Under the pieces are notes generated by a model. It ran no database searches and had not been told where the DNA came from. It worked only from the letters and a program-made list of their open reading frames with translations. Positions 9,442 to 21,288 of a stretch of DNA of 32,600 nucleotides are shown here, piece after piece (within the stretch, counting starts at the first letter, position 1; each line of letters opens with the position of its first letter). Both the position numbers and the translations under genes were made by a program. The DNA is taken from NCBI RefSeq assembly GCF_001194135.2, contig NC_068983.1, positions 9,987,329-10,019,928 on the forward strand, written 5' to 3'. The stretch is from Octopus bimaculoides (Eukaryota).

Positions 9442-10346
9442 GTTAGTTTACTTTTTCCTGTTTATGTAATGTGTGTTGTTGCTTTTTATTTATTTATTTA
9501 TTTGTTATATGGTTAAGGAGTGATTTTTGGAAGGGTGCTGTTATGGGTAAGAAAGAGCCTACTTTATTACTCTTCATCTCTCTCTCTCAAACACACATAC
9601 ACACACCAAATATTTTTTCCATTGGCTTTTTTCAGAATATATATATGTAGATACTGAAGTATTTTAAAATGGAACTAAATGAACTAGATAAACATGAAAA
9701 AAAATGACTCTATCCTTCTATGTAAAGTTGTATATTTTCCTTCTTATTTATGTGTGTATATATATATATATNNNNNNNNNNNNNNNNNNNNNNNNNNNNN
9801 NNNNNNNNNNNNNNNNNNNNNNNNNNNNNNNNNNNNNNNNNNNNNNNNNNNNNNNNNNNNNNNNNNNNNNNNNNNNNNNNNNNNNNNNNNNNNNNNNNNN
9901 NNNNNNNNNNNNNNNNNNNNNNNNNNNNNNNNNNNNNNNNNNNNNNNNNNNNNNNNNNNNNNNNNNNNNNNNNNNNNNNNNNNNNNNNNNNNNNNNNNNN
10001 NNNNNNNNNNNNNNNNNNNNNNNNNNNNNNNNNNNNNNNNNNNNNNNNNNNNNNNNNNNNNNNNNNNNNNNNNNNNNNNNNNNNNNNNNNNNNNNNNNNN
10101 NNNNNNNNNNNNNNNNNNNNNNNNNNNNNNNNNNNNNNNNNNNNNNNNNNNNNNNNNNNNNNNNNNNNNNNNNNNNNNNNNNNNNNNNNNNNNNNNNNNN
10201 NNNNNNNNNNNNNNNNNNNNNNNNNNNNNNNNNNNNNNNNNNNNNNNNNNNNNNNNNNNNNNNNNNNNNNNNNNNNNNNNNNNNNNNNNNNNNNNNNNNN
10301 NNNNNNNNNNNNNNNNNNNNNNNNNNNNNNNNNNNNNNNNNNNNNN

Positions 10347-10384
<38 letters not shown>

Positions 10385-11380
10385 TGAAACGTAACCAAAT
10401 TCAATGACTGGCACCCGTGCCAGTGGAGCACTAACAGCACCATCCGAGCAGGATCACTGCCAGTAGCATGTAAAAAGCAGCATTTCATTGTGGGTATGAT
10501 GAGGGATAATAATTAAAAACGTGCCTCAACTTCTCTACTATGTTGTTGATTTGTAGTTTATCTTTTACTTGTTTTTTTTTCCCCCCTGCTTTAATTCTTT
10601 CTTAATTCTTCTATTAATTTATAACAAATACTCTACATTTGTTTAAATAATTGAAAGCCACNNNNNNNNNNNNNNNNNNNNNNNNNNNNNNNNNNNNNNN
10701 NNNNNNNNNNNNNNNNNNNNNNNNNNNNNNNNNNNNNNNNNNNNNNNNNNNNNNNNNNNNNNNNNNNNNNNNNNNNNNNNNNNNNNNNNNNNNNNNNNNN
10801 NNNNNNNNNNNNNNNNNNNNNNNNNNNNNNNNNNNNNNNNNNNNNNNNNNNNNNNNNNNNNNNNNNNNNNNNNNNNNNNNNNNNNNNNNNNNNNNNNNNN
10901 NNNNNNNNNNNNNNNNNNNNNNNNNNNNNNNNNNNNNNNNNNNNNNNNNNNNNNNNNNNNNNNNNNNNNNNNNNNNNNNNNNNNNNNNNNNNNNNNNNNN
11001 NNNNNNNNNNNNNNNNNNNNNNNNNNNNNNNNNNNNNNNNNNNNNNNNNNNNNNNNNNNNNNNNNNNNNNNNNNNNNNNNNNNNNNNNNNNNNNNNNNNN
11101 NNNNNNNNNNNNNNNNNNNNNNNNNNNNNNNNNNNNNNNNNNNNNNNNNNNNNNNNNNNNNNNNNNNNNNNNNNNNNNNNNNNNNNNNNNNNNNNNNNNN
11201 NNNNNNNNNNNNNNNNNNNNNNNNNNNNNNNNNNNNNNNNNNNNNNNNNNNNNNNNNNNNNNNNNNNNNNNNNNNNNNNNNNNNNNNNNNNNNNNNNNNN
11301 NNNNNNNNNNNNNNNNNNNNNNNNNNNNNNNNNNNNNNNNNNNNNNNNNNNNNNNNNNNNNNNNNNNNNNNNNNNNNNNN

Positions 11381-11680
11381 GTTTATTGAGAGAAAACACC
11401 TAAAGCTCCACGAGGCTCCGGCAGGGGATGGTGGCGAACCCTGCTGTACTCTTTCACCACAACTTTCTCTCACTCTTACTTCCTGTTTCTGTTGTGCCTG
11501 TAATTCAAAGGGTCAGCCTTGTCACACTGTGTCATGCTGAATATCCCCGAGAACTACGTTAAGGGTACACGTGTCTGTGGAATACTCAGCCACTTGCACG
11601 TTAATTTCACGAGCAGGCTGTTCTGTTGATCAGATCAACTGGAACCCTCGACGTCGTAAGCAACGGAGTGCCAACAACAA
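11381..11680 (+). mobile_element. SINE family D2 (5' end in gap), (AAC)n tail
   Basis: About 93% identical by eye to the reverse complement of 14801-15100. Confidence 0.88.
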
Positions 11681-11828
11681 TAGAAAAAAAACAAGGTCAC
11701 ATAAAACTCATGCATGCCATGTGACGGGTGGTTTTTAATTATTTAAACAAATGTAGAGCATTTGTTATATATTGGTTAGGAGTTCAATACACGGCACTTA
11801 ATTCCTCTATTTTTATTTTTACTGACAG

Positions 11829-11955
11829 AAGTTTGCTGATAGTGAAATGATGGATGATAAAGATTCCATAGCGTCTGATGTCATGATGTCTTCAGGCTAC
11901 CCGGCTTACCAGCAGCTTCTCATGGAGTTCCTTGATGAAGATGCCCCAGTTCTAG
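11829..11955 (+). CDS. MED12: MED12 exon 7 (0 to 1)
   Basis: gacag|AAG...G|gtaag; KFADSEMMDDKDSIASDVMMSSGYPAYQQLLMEFLDEDAPVL. Confidence 0.93.
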
Positions 11956-12396
11956 GTAAGTGCTTGTCATTAGAGAAGATTATTTTTTCTCATCTCTTGG
12001 TTTAGCATCCTTAATCCTGGTTTAACATCATCATAGAAATAATAGCTGATAATCATGGCTTAACGTTGAAATAACAATAAAACGAATATCTTTGTCTCAT
12101 CAGCATTATCATCATACCTCCCCTCCCATAAACAGTATATCCTATAGCTTAGAAGTTTTATTGGTTTTGACCAGTTGAGTAAAAGCATCATTGTTTCAAA
12201 ACAAGAATTGGTGGCTGGAAGGGTGGTGACCGACTGACTTTAGAATACCATCTCTGTAGGTCTTGTCCACCTTATGTGTGCATGCAATAAAGCAGAAATA
12301 AAACCAGTGATAAAGTAAATAATGATTACATCTAGGCCTCTCTCTTTTGTCTTAATCCCCAATGTTGTCATTTCTCTGTTTCTTTTTTTTTTTTAG

Positions 12397-12611
12397 ATGA
12401 CAGCGGATTAGAAGAAAACAGAGATGCATTTTCTAACCTTATCCAGCTGTTTTGTGAACTCATTCGATTTGATGTTTTTTCCCATGATGCCTACATGTGT
12501 ACTCTAATTTCTCGTGGAGATCTTGCTGCTTCTCCTTCTGTTGCCATGCCATCTGCTGACAGTGTTGATTTGTCTAGTGTGAAAAGTTTATCAGAAAGCA
12601 TTAAACATGAG
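12397..12611 (+). CDS. MED12: MED12 exon 8 (1 to 0)
   Basis: tttag|AT...GAG|gtaag; ...[36 protein letters not shown]...IKHE. Confidence 0.96.
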
Positions 12612-12827
12612 GTAAGCAAACTATTTTGTTGTTTACAAATCAATTTTACATTTAGCTAGTGTTGGAAAACCAATATTTTGACACGTCGTTTGATATTCAG
12701 CATATTAAAAAAGGTAATTATATGTTTAGCTCGTTATCATTCAGATTATTTTGTCAAATGTAATGCTTATTTATTCATTTTGTTTTCAATTAATCATACA
12801 TTATCTTGTAGCTTTGAGATTTTTGCA

Positions 12828-13061
12828 TTCGAGCAAGGTCATTGCCAGTACCTCCTGACTGGCCTTCGTGCCGGTGACACGTAAAAGCACCCACTACACT
12901 CTTGAAGTGGTTGGCGTTAGGAAGGGCATCCAGCTGTAGAAACTCTGCCAGATCAGATTGGAGCCGGGTGTAGCCATCTGGTTTCACCAGTCCTCAGTCA
13001 AATCGTCCAACCCATGCTAGCATGGAAAGTGGACGTTAAACGATGATGATGATGATGATGA
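12828..13061 (+). mobile_element. Family B retroposon, one 65-bp unit, (GAT)n tail
   Basis: cattcgagcaaggtc...gttaaacgatgatgatgatgatgatg. Confidence 0.9.
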
Positions 13062-13267
13062 CCATTATTTGTTAGGGAAGAAGAGCAAATGTGAATCTAG
13101 AGATCGAATCTTTTGAGATATTGCTTCACACAGCAGTGTTTAATAACAGGCAAAAAAGAGTAATAACTAGTTTTGCCAAATAATATTGATTTTATATGAT
13201 TGCCATATTGCTTTGAATCCTGTGATGATTTGGATTTTATTAATTTTTTTTTTTTTATTGTTATTAG

Positions 13268-13376
13268 CATCAAGATGATATCAAGATGGACTTAGATATT
13301 CATACCATGGAGAGTGATCTTGGGAGTCTGTTTGGATCAGTTAAAGAAGAACAGAAGACAAGTCCTGAAGCACCAG
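13268..13376 (+). CDS. MED12: MED12 exon 9 (0 to 1), poorly conserved linker
   Basis: attag|CAT...G|gtgag; HQDDIKMDLDIHTMESDLGSLFGSVKEEQKTSPEAP; supplies the phase change needed between exons 8 and 10. Confidence 0.82.
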
Positions 13377-13440
13377 GTGAGTAACTTATTGCGTATTTGT
13401 GTACCTTTTCATTTATGTGGTGAGGTTGAGCAAGGGAGAT

Positions 13441-13600
13441 TCAGAGATGAGGCTTGAGAGAAAGAAAATGGAGAAGGAAATGGAGAATACGTAAGAAAGG
13501 GGAAGATTGAAAGAAAATAGTAGAGAATGAAAGTAGTGAGAGATAGAAAGACAAATGGAGAATGGAAGGAGAAAAAGCAACAAGCGAAGGTTGAGTTTTA
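13441..13600 (+). repeat. Purine-rich low-complexity tract
   Basis: Almost entirely A/G; explains the spurious 13441-13638 ORF. Confidence 0.7.
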
Positions 13601-13680
13601 AGTATGGTTTTGATTTGCAATAATGTTTTTAAACACAATTTTAATATAGTATTTTCTATGTATGTATCTTTATTGTATGC

Positions 13681-13850
13681 TCAGGAGTGGCTGTGTGGTA
13701 AGTAGCTTGCTACCAGCCACATGGTTCCGGGTTCATTCCCACTGTGTAGCACCTTGGGCAAGTGTCTCCTACTATAGCCTCGGGTCGACCAAAGCCTTGT
13801 GAGTGGATTTGGTAGACGGAAACTGAAAGAAGCCTGTCGTATATATGTAT

Positions 13851-13882
<32 letters not shown>

Positions 13883-14101
13883 GTGTGTATGTGTGTGTGT
13901 TTGTATGTCTGTGCTTGTCCCTCCAACATCGCTTGACCACCGATGGTGGTGTGTTTACGTTCCCGTAACTTAGTGGTTCGGCAAAAGAGACCGATAGAAT
14001 AAGTACTAGGCTTACAAAGAATAAGTCCTGGGGTCGATTTGTTCGACTAAAGGCAGTGCTCCAGCAAGGCCGCAGTCAAATGACTGAAACAAGTAAAAGA
14101 G
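13681..14101 (+). mobile_element. SINE family A, full length, 24-bp TSD
   Basis: tatgtatgtatctttattgtatgc at 13657-13680 and 14102-14125. Confidence 0.92.
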
Positions 14102-14252
14102 TATGTATGTATCTTTATTGTATGCATGTGTATGATAGAGTATTCAGTGTGTGCGCGCGCATATGTTGAAGGATCTTTTGTATGTGTATGTATGCAGAAT
14201 GTTCAGGGTGTGTAATGGGGTTTGCACTAATCTATCCGTTATCTGTCTTCAG

Positions 14253-14494
14253 CTTCAGTGAAATCTGTGAAATCAGAACGTGATCAACCGATTATGAGTG
14301 TGGGAGAGTCACAATCAGCCCCACCTCAGCCTCCTCCTCCCAAAGGCCCATCGCGCCACATGCTATTTGCCACTCACTTTCCGATTCCACAAAACGAGAG
14401 CTATGCCCATGAATGCAACCAGCGTTTTGTTGTTCTATACGGAGTTGGCAAAGCGCGTGACAACGCAAGGCATATCATTAAAAAAGTCACCAAG
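14253..14494 (+). CDS. MED12: MED12 exon 10 (1 to 0)
   Basis: ttcag|CT...AAG|gtaag; ...[47 protein letters not shown]; alternative in-frame acceptor gives start 14259. Confidence 0.95.
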
Positions 14495-14800
14495 GTAAGA
14501 CTGTTGATCTTGATTTTATGGATGTTGTAACCTTCCAGGTTGGCTCTAATTGGTTAGACATGATCAAAGGCATTCCAACTGTGACCATCACAATTTTTTC
14601 ATATATCTACAACTAAATTATTCAGTCTAAAGTTTTGTTTTCTTAGGAGGTTGTATGACTTGGCTGGTATTTCTTACTGGTCAAGCTACAAAAAAGAGGT
14701 TTCTCCCTTCGGCTCATATTGTTGCTCGTGTTGCTAGAGACACAACTTAATAACTTTGTGGCATTTTCCTCTTATTGGCAACTAATTTTTTATTAACCAA

Positions 14801-15181
14801 GTTGGCACTCCGTCGGTTACGACGTCGAGGGTTCCAATTGATCCGATCAACGGAACAGCCTGCTCGTGAAATTAACGTGCAAGTGGCTGAGCACTCCACA
14901 GACACGTGTACCCTTAACGTAGTTCTCAGAGAGATTCAGTGTGACACAGTGTGACAAGGCTGACCCTTTGAATTACAAGCACAACAGAAACAGGAAGTAA
15001 GAGTGAGAGAAAGTTGTGGTGGAAGAGTACAGCAGGGTTCGCCACAATCCCCTGCTGGAGCCTCGTGGAGCTTTTAGATGTTTTCGCTCAATAAACACTC
15101 ACAACGCCCGGTCTGGGAATCGAAACCGGGATCCTAAGACCGCGAGTTAGCTGCCCTAACCACTGGGCCATTGCGCCTCCA
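14801..15181 (-). mobile_element. SINE family D2, full length, tRNA-like head
   Basis: Head tggaggcgcaatggcccagtggttagggc...ggtttcgattcc (A- and B-box-like); tattaac(c/t)aa on both flanks. Confidence 0.9.
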
Positions 15182-16396
15182 CTATTAACTAAAGGATTAA
15201 TAAATAAACTATTGAGCAATTATCTAATTCCTTGGCCTTTTCCTTCTCCATGAAGCTGTGACAGCCATTCAGAAAACTTGCCAATCAACTATTACACCCT
15301 CTCACATGTATGATAGTTATTTACTAATTCATTAATAAATTAAAAATTGGCTGGTGATAATAGTAAAGTACCAGCTTAACTTGTGTACTATCAGTCTTAA
15401 GACCTTGCAGTTTCCTTAATGGCACCAATTGTGTTCATTTGTTTTGTTCAAATACCATAAAAGTCACTTGATCTCTTTTTCAAAACTTCATTATTGCTGT
15501 ATCTTCAGTGTACTCTCCAAAATTTCTGTATAGCTGTAGGAGACTGTTCTCATAAGAATTAAAGTTTTCCATTGGGCATCATGAAGATAACTGCATTGCT
15601 AGATTAGTGTTACAGCCTCCACACTACTATCTTAATGGCGTTTATGTAATATTTATTTATCTAATCATTCAACAGTCTGTCCATCACTTGTTGTGCTGGG
15701 TTCCACTTTCTTGGGAGCTCAATGAAATATTTATTTCCACCACATTCACAGAGTGTACTGTGTGCTTTTTTTCATGACACTGGTGCTAGTGAGGTCGTCA
15801 AATAACTTGCAACACAAAGAAAAGCTTGTTGAATGAATGGGGATGTAGTAGAGAGGGAGATGGCCTTATTCCAGGTATTGAGAGGCTAAAGTATGAAGGG
15901 GAAGACTACTGAGGCCCCTTGCTAAAGAGGAGGTATGTGGATAATCTTGAAAGCACTACACTGCATGTAATAAACTTTTAATTTCTGTTTGGACTAACAA
16001 TCCATCATGTATGGCACCTCAAATATGCTGATATGTATGTCTGTATTCATTTATTGGTGATTTTTAAAAATCTTTTTTCTATGTAATTGCATAATTTACC
16101 AATAAAAGAAAATAGAATATGCAGTGTTAGATTTTAAATTTCAAGCTTTTAATTTTCTTTTTATTAAATAAAGAAGGTGGACCAGTACCTGTGACCCTTA
16201 TAGATGGCATTCCAAGACTGTTTGAGACAGGCACAGCTCGTATTTAGTTTGAATTTCAGTATACTAAGAAGTAGAAAATAGAAAATTAAATAGCGGTAAA
16301 CTAGAAAGAAAAAAAAAAAGACTTTCTATGTAAAATTGATGATTCTGAATTTTTGAAAAAGGTTTTCAATATATTTGCTTCTGTCTTTGATTTCAG

Positions 16397-16723
16397 GAAA
16401 TCTTGAGACTTTTTAACAAAAAGAATTGCATAGACATAAGCAGCGGTGACCCAACAAAAGTTAAAAAGAAAAAAGAGAAAGAGAAAGATAAAGACAGTGA
16501 TTCATCAAGTAACCTCGAGAGCACATTCAATAAGTTTCAGAGACTTTCGTATTATGACATGCATGCTGTGACATCATCCTGTGTGAGCAGCGTACTGGAA
16601 CAGTTGTCAAGTTTTGCTGCTGGTAACTCCTGTTATTTACCTGTCGTTGACAATATTTCCTACCTCTTTGATTTAATGGATTATTCACTAAATATAAGCG
16701 GCCTTTTGGACTTTGCATTACAA
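16397..16723 (+). CDS. MED12: MED12 exon 11 (0 to 0)
   Basis: ttcag|GAA...CAA|gtaag; EILRLFNKK...FNKFQRLSYYDMHAVT...LFDLMDYSLNISGLLDFALQ. Confidence 0.96.
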
Positions 16724-16927
16724 GTAAGTAGGGTCTATGTTCTTGCTTTGTGTTGAAGCCATCATCTCTATTGTTTTAACAGCTGTTTTCCCTTGTTGGA
16801 TGGTTTTGCTGTAGTGTAATATTATTTCCACCAGTAGAGTGTAATAGTATTGAGACTTATCTCCACCCTGATCTCTCAACATCTTTCTATGTATTCCTTG
16901 GTCTTTCTCTTCTGCAGCTACTGTATT

Positions 16928-17230
16928 TCATCATCATCATCATTTAACGTCCGCTTTCCATGCTGGCATGGGTTGGACGATTTGACTGAGGACTGGTGGA
17001 ACCCAAAGGCTACACCAGGCTCCAATCTGATTTGGCAGAGTTTCTACAGCTGGATGCCCTTCCTAACGCCAACCACTCTGAGAGTGTAGTGGATGCTTTT
17101 ACGTGCCTCCGGCACGAAGGCCGGTCAGGCAGTACTGGCAACGGCCATGCTCAAAATGGTGTTTTTTACGTGCCACCTGCACAAGAGCCAGTCCAGCGGC
17201 ACTGGCAACGACCTCGCTAGAATGTCTTTT
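16928..17230 (-). mobile_element. Family B retroposon, two 65-bp units
   Basis: catcatcatcatttaacgtccgctttcc...gacctcgctagaatg. Confidence 0.9.
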
Positions 17231-17695
17231 CACATGCCAATGGCTTAAAAAAAAAAGCACAAACATACTTGACACATGCCAGTTTTGGCAGTGCATATTC
17301 AGGAAAAGAGGTTTTTGTGCATTAAAGCTTATGTGATACCTAACTTCACATATAAGATCTGGGGTGACATTTTGATACACTTTTCTGGAAAAAAGTGTGC
17401 CTTATATGCCATCAAATATGGTACTTTATTGGCAATCACTTTCACACCACAAGTTGGTGGTGGAATCTACTGCGTTATGTATTTGATGTAGTTGTACACA
17501 ACGATAAACTACATTGTTAATAAATTGTATAGAGAATAATCTTTAAGGTTTTCATGCAAAATCTAACCAAGGGTTCTGAAAATGCAATAACTGAAGGGTT
17601 TGTTTTTCATAAATCCTTTGATTTTTTTCCCATGAGTTGTGAATCAAATGTGAAAAGAAATCGTCTTTATTAGGAAGAAAAAAATTTGTTGAGGT

Positions 17696-17921
17696 GCAGG
17701 AGTGGCTGTGTGGTAAGTAGCTTGCTTACCAACCACATGGTTCCGGGTTCAGTCTCACTGCATGGCACCTTGGGCAAGTGTCTTCTACTATAGCCTTGGG
17801 TCGACCAAAGCCTTGTGAGTGGATTTGGTAGACAGAAACTGGAAGAAGCCCGTCATATATGTATATATATATATATATATGTTTGTGTGTCTGTTTGTCC
17901 CCCAGCATCGCTTGACAACTG
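17696..17921 (+). mobile_element. SINE family A, 3'-truncated
   Basis: caggagtggctgtgtgg...catcgcttgacaactg, then stops abruptly. Confidence 0.88.
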
Positions 17922-18060
17922 TTATTTCTTATATTTAATTGTTTATGTTATGATTTTATTTACTCCATGTACCCACATGGGGATTAACACATACTTTAAG
18001 AAATTATTATTTCTTATATTTAATCGTTTATGTTATGATTTTATTTACTCCATCTACCCA
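17922..18060 (+). repeat. 54-bp direct repeat, period 85
   Basis: 17922-17975 and 18007-18060, 2 mismatches. Confidence 0.9.
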
Positions 18061-18242
18061 AACTTTGTGGTCACCTTGTAGAGTAGATGTGAGAAGCAAA
18101 ATCTGGCAAGTTTAAACAGAACATTTGTACTGGATAAGACTGGTTTAAATGCTAAAGAGTTTCCAGTTGTGTATTTTTAAATGTATAAATGATTTATCTC
18201 TTATTTATCAGTGTTACTTTCTCTTTTTTTTCCTCTCTGTAG

Positions 18243-18757
18243 CTGCTGAAAGAGCTTAGTCAGGTGGAAGTCCAGCTGATGTTGAAAGCATCGTCTCTTG
18301 CCACGAACTACGTTTCTTCTTTATGCCTATGCATCATTGGCATATTCAGTAAATACTGCTCTTACATGCTTGTCTGCCAGGACTTGGCCTGTGCTGCCTT
18401 TGAAGGATTGAATGCTATCATCAAGCATATAAACAATCCTTCGGATTGTACCTCTGCTGAACGATGTGTTCAGGCATACCTGTTTGATCTTTACACTTCT
18501 GCCAGTTACCTGAAGGCCAAATATTTGGACAGCTTCAGTGCTACTTTTAGTAAAATGAAACAGACTCATGACACCAACATAACTCCATCAGTGTTGAATT
18601 TACTCTGGGATCCTAACTTTATGATGGACTATTTTAACGATGTCAAATCCATACCTGATGCCATGCTGGTCAAACAATTGAATGAAAATCCAGGATACCG
18701 CTATAACTTTGTATGCAACGCAGTACTCAATATATGCAATTCCCAAGTAACAGATCG
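18243..18757 (+). CDS. MED12: MED12 exon 12 (0 to 2)
   Basis: tgtag|CTG...CG|gtagg; LLKELSQVEVQLMLK...SAERCVQAYLFDLYTS...RYNFVCNAVLNIC. Confidence 0.96.
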
Positions 18758-19591
18758 GTAGGTTCCAGTAATTTTTGTCTCATTTTCTATTTCTCTTAGA
18801 AATAACAGTTGAAATCTTCTGCAAAACACACCCTATTGTCTTATAAAGGACACATTGGATAATGTAGTCCTTGGTGTTGGAGCATTTCGTATGGGAAAAA
18901 GGCCAACATGTGAAGAACTGGAATGCTGTTTATCATGGTTCTGGTTTTGTACAGCTGGTCTGCAGTTAAATATCAACATTTATGGTTTTCTTGTTTAACT
19001 CCAGGTTGATTTTCATTGAATAAAACTATAATCCCGGGCAATCTAACTCTGACTATATCATCTTTTCCCCCCAGACATAGTGCAGCCAGGACGACACTGT
19101 CCCATATATCTTTTCTTTTTCTTCAAAATTTTCAGATGTATTTTGAAGGAGATTTAGGTTTTATTAATAGCAGCTGAGTTTTGATGTTGGCTCATCAGTA
19201 ACTTTTATGTTTGTGGCAGCCAGCACTGAATCATACTCACTGAATGCCAACTCTTAGTTGTTATTATATCTCTTCGGTTACTAGTGCCCTCAAAAAGATT
19301 GAATATTGCAGGCATGGAAAGCGGACGTTAAACGATGGTGATATATAATGTATATTTTTTATAGAAAGTTAAAGAAGTGATGTTTAAATTCTCAATCGCA
19401 GAATAATGCTAATAATATAGCCTGAACAGGATAAACTATCCCTATTTTTGCAGAGAAAAGTGTAGGTGGCCAGCTGTGGACATAATATAACGATTAGTAG
19501 TCTGAAAACATTTCTCATCTCATTAAGAATAATTCGTCTTCGACATTTAAGCTTTATATTTTTGTTTTCTTGAACCGCTGTCTCTTCACAG

Positions 19592-19733
19592 GCTGAATGA
19601 AATCTCTATCCTATGTGCCGAGTTCACAGCTAAGTGTAATGCTTTGCGATCCGAGTGGCTCGGTGCCTTGAAAGCTTTATGTTGTTCTTCGAACCATTCC
19701 TGTGGATTCATCGATATCCTGACGCAAATTGAT
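19592..19733 (+). CDS. MED12: MED12 exon 13 (2 to 0)
   Basis: cacag|G...GAT|gtaag; [47 protein letters not shown]. Confidence 0.96.
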
Positions 19734-19860
19734 GTAAGCCTTATTTACATTTTTACCTCTTTATACTATTAACATTCTTTTTGTTTGCTGGCTGTTGTTG
19801 TTGTTGTTGTTGTTGTTGCTTATTAGTCCCAGATCAGTTTTAATCAGACAGACCCACTGT

Positions 19861-20265
19861 ACTCTTTTACTTGTTTCAGTCATTTGACTGCGGCCATGCT
19901 GGAGCACCGCCTTTAGTCGAGCAAATCGACCCCAGGACTTATTCTTTGTAAGCCTAGTACTTATTCTATCGGTCTCTTTTGCCGAACCGCTAAGTTACAG
20001 GGATGTAAACACACCAGCATCGGTTGTTAAGCTATGTTGGGGATACAAACACACACACACAAACATATACATACACACACACACACATATATATATATAC
20101 ATATATACGATGGGTTTCTTTCAGTTTTCGTCTACCAAATCTACTCACAAGGCTTTGGTCGGCCCAAGGCTATAGTAGAAGACATTTGCCCAAAGTGCCA
20201 CACAGTGGGACTGAACCCGGAACCATGCAGTTCGTAAGCATGCTACTTACCACACAGCCACTCCT
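19861..20265 (-). mobile_element. SINE family A, full length, inserted inside an (AAC)n-tailed family G repeat
   Basis: actgt on both flanks; flanking sequence ttagtcccagatcag...gatcaagatattccaacgatgaccatccc resembles 14530-14590 and the reverse complement of 24500-24560. Confidence 0.85.
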
Positions 20266-20329
20266 ACTGTGATCAAGATATTCCAACGATGACCATCCCA
20301 TCTAATTTCTGGATTGTATATCTTGCTCT

Positions 20330-20373
<44 letters not shown>

Positions 20374-21158
20374 TATGTCATACCATATTTTTTTAAATTG
20401 TAAAATGTGGTTTTTAGAAAGAATTTGGTGTCTATTTCTGGTAGGTCAAGACTACATAGAAGCAGTTTCATATTTCTTGTCATTTGATGAATTAGACCAA
20501 ACACATGCAAGCATAGAGAGAGAGGGGGAGGGGGGATGACAAGTGTACAAAGAAGTGCCAAGCACTCAATGTAGATGGAGCCAGTGGGAGAGAGAGAGAC
20601 TGAGGGAGACATGAGACAGAGTGGTGAAGATTGATGTTTAGATGTTGCACTCATTAGAAGTCATCTAATCATAGATTTGCCTGATTAGAACTAATTTAGG
20701 TCTTGAATGACAATGATGATACACCATCATCATTTAGTGTCCGATTTCCATGCTGGCATGGGTTAGGCAGTTTGACTGGAACTGGTAAGCCAGAGAGCTG
20801 TGCTAGATGCCTGTCTTATTTTGGTTTGGTTTTTACAATTGGATGCCCTTCCTAATGCCAACCACTACAAGACTGTAGTGGGTGCCTTTAACATGTCACC
20901 AGTACAGGTGCTTTTACGTGTCACTGGCATAGGTGGAGATATAAATACTTTTGATAAATCTACTCAACCAGGACTGACTTAGGGTTAAATAACATCAACA
21001 GCAGCAGCAGCACCACCATAATCTGTGTTTATATCTATAAATAGTTTTATTATATTTCTCCTAACCTTGTTTTGCCTGTGTTTACTTTACTTTATAAACA
21101 TTTAATGCTTGATATTTAAAACTATGAATCTACTTCTTTTGGTTTTGTTCCTGTCCAG

Positions 21159-21288
21159 GTTGGAGATTTGTCTATCCATGATTCCCTGGCAGTGTTTACA
21201 GCAATTCTTCTGGCTCGTCATTGTTTTACTCTGCAGAACTTTATAGCTCGTGTCGCATTGCCTTCCTTGATGTCAGCTTGTCCATCAA
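21159..21288 (+). CDS. MED12: MED12 exon 14 (0 to 1)
   Basis: tccag|GTT...A|gtaag; VGDLSIHDSLAVFTAILLARHCFTLQNFIARVALPSLMSACPS. Confidence 0.95.

Noticed and set aside
7440-11473. Long ORFs of 180-300 aa in the track (also 22236-23126 and 29719-30695)
   Set aside because: They are N-gap read-through (X runs) plus (TA)n-derived YIYI peptides.
15100-15181. tRNA-like sequences (also 21750-21828, 25585-25660, 26540-26627)
   Set aside because: They are SINE heads continuous with SINE bodies, and I could not fold complete cloverleaves.
16460-16500. KKKKEKEKDKD basic tract as a novel feature
   Set aside because: It sits where human MED12 has a basic patch (recalled QKRRR), so it is probably an ordinary NLS-like linker.
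20515-20545. G-quadruplex at gggggagggggg
   Set aside because: Only two G-tracts.
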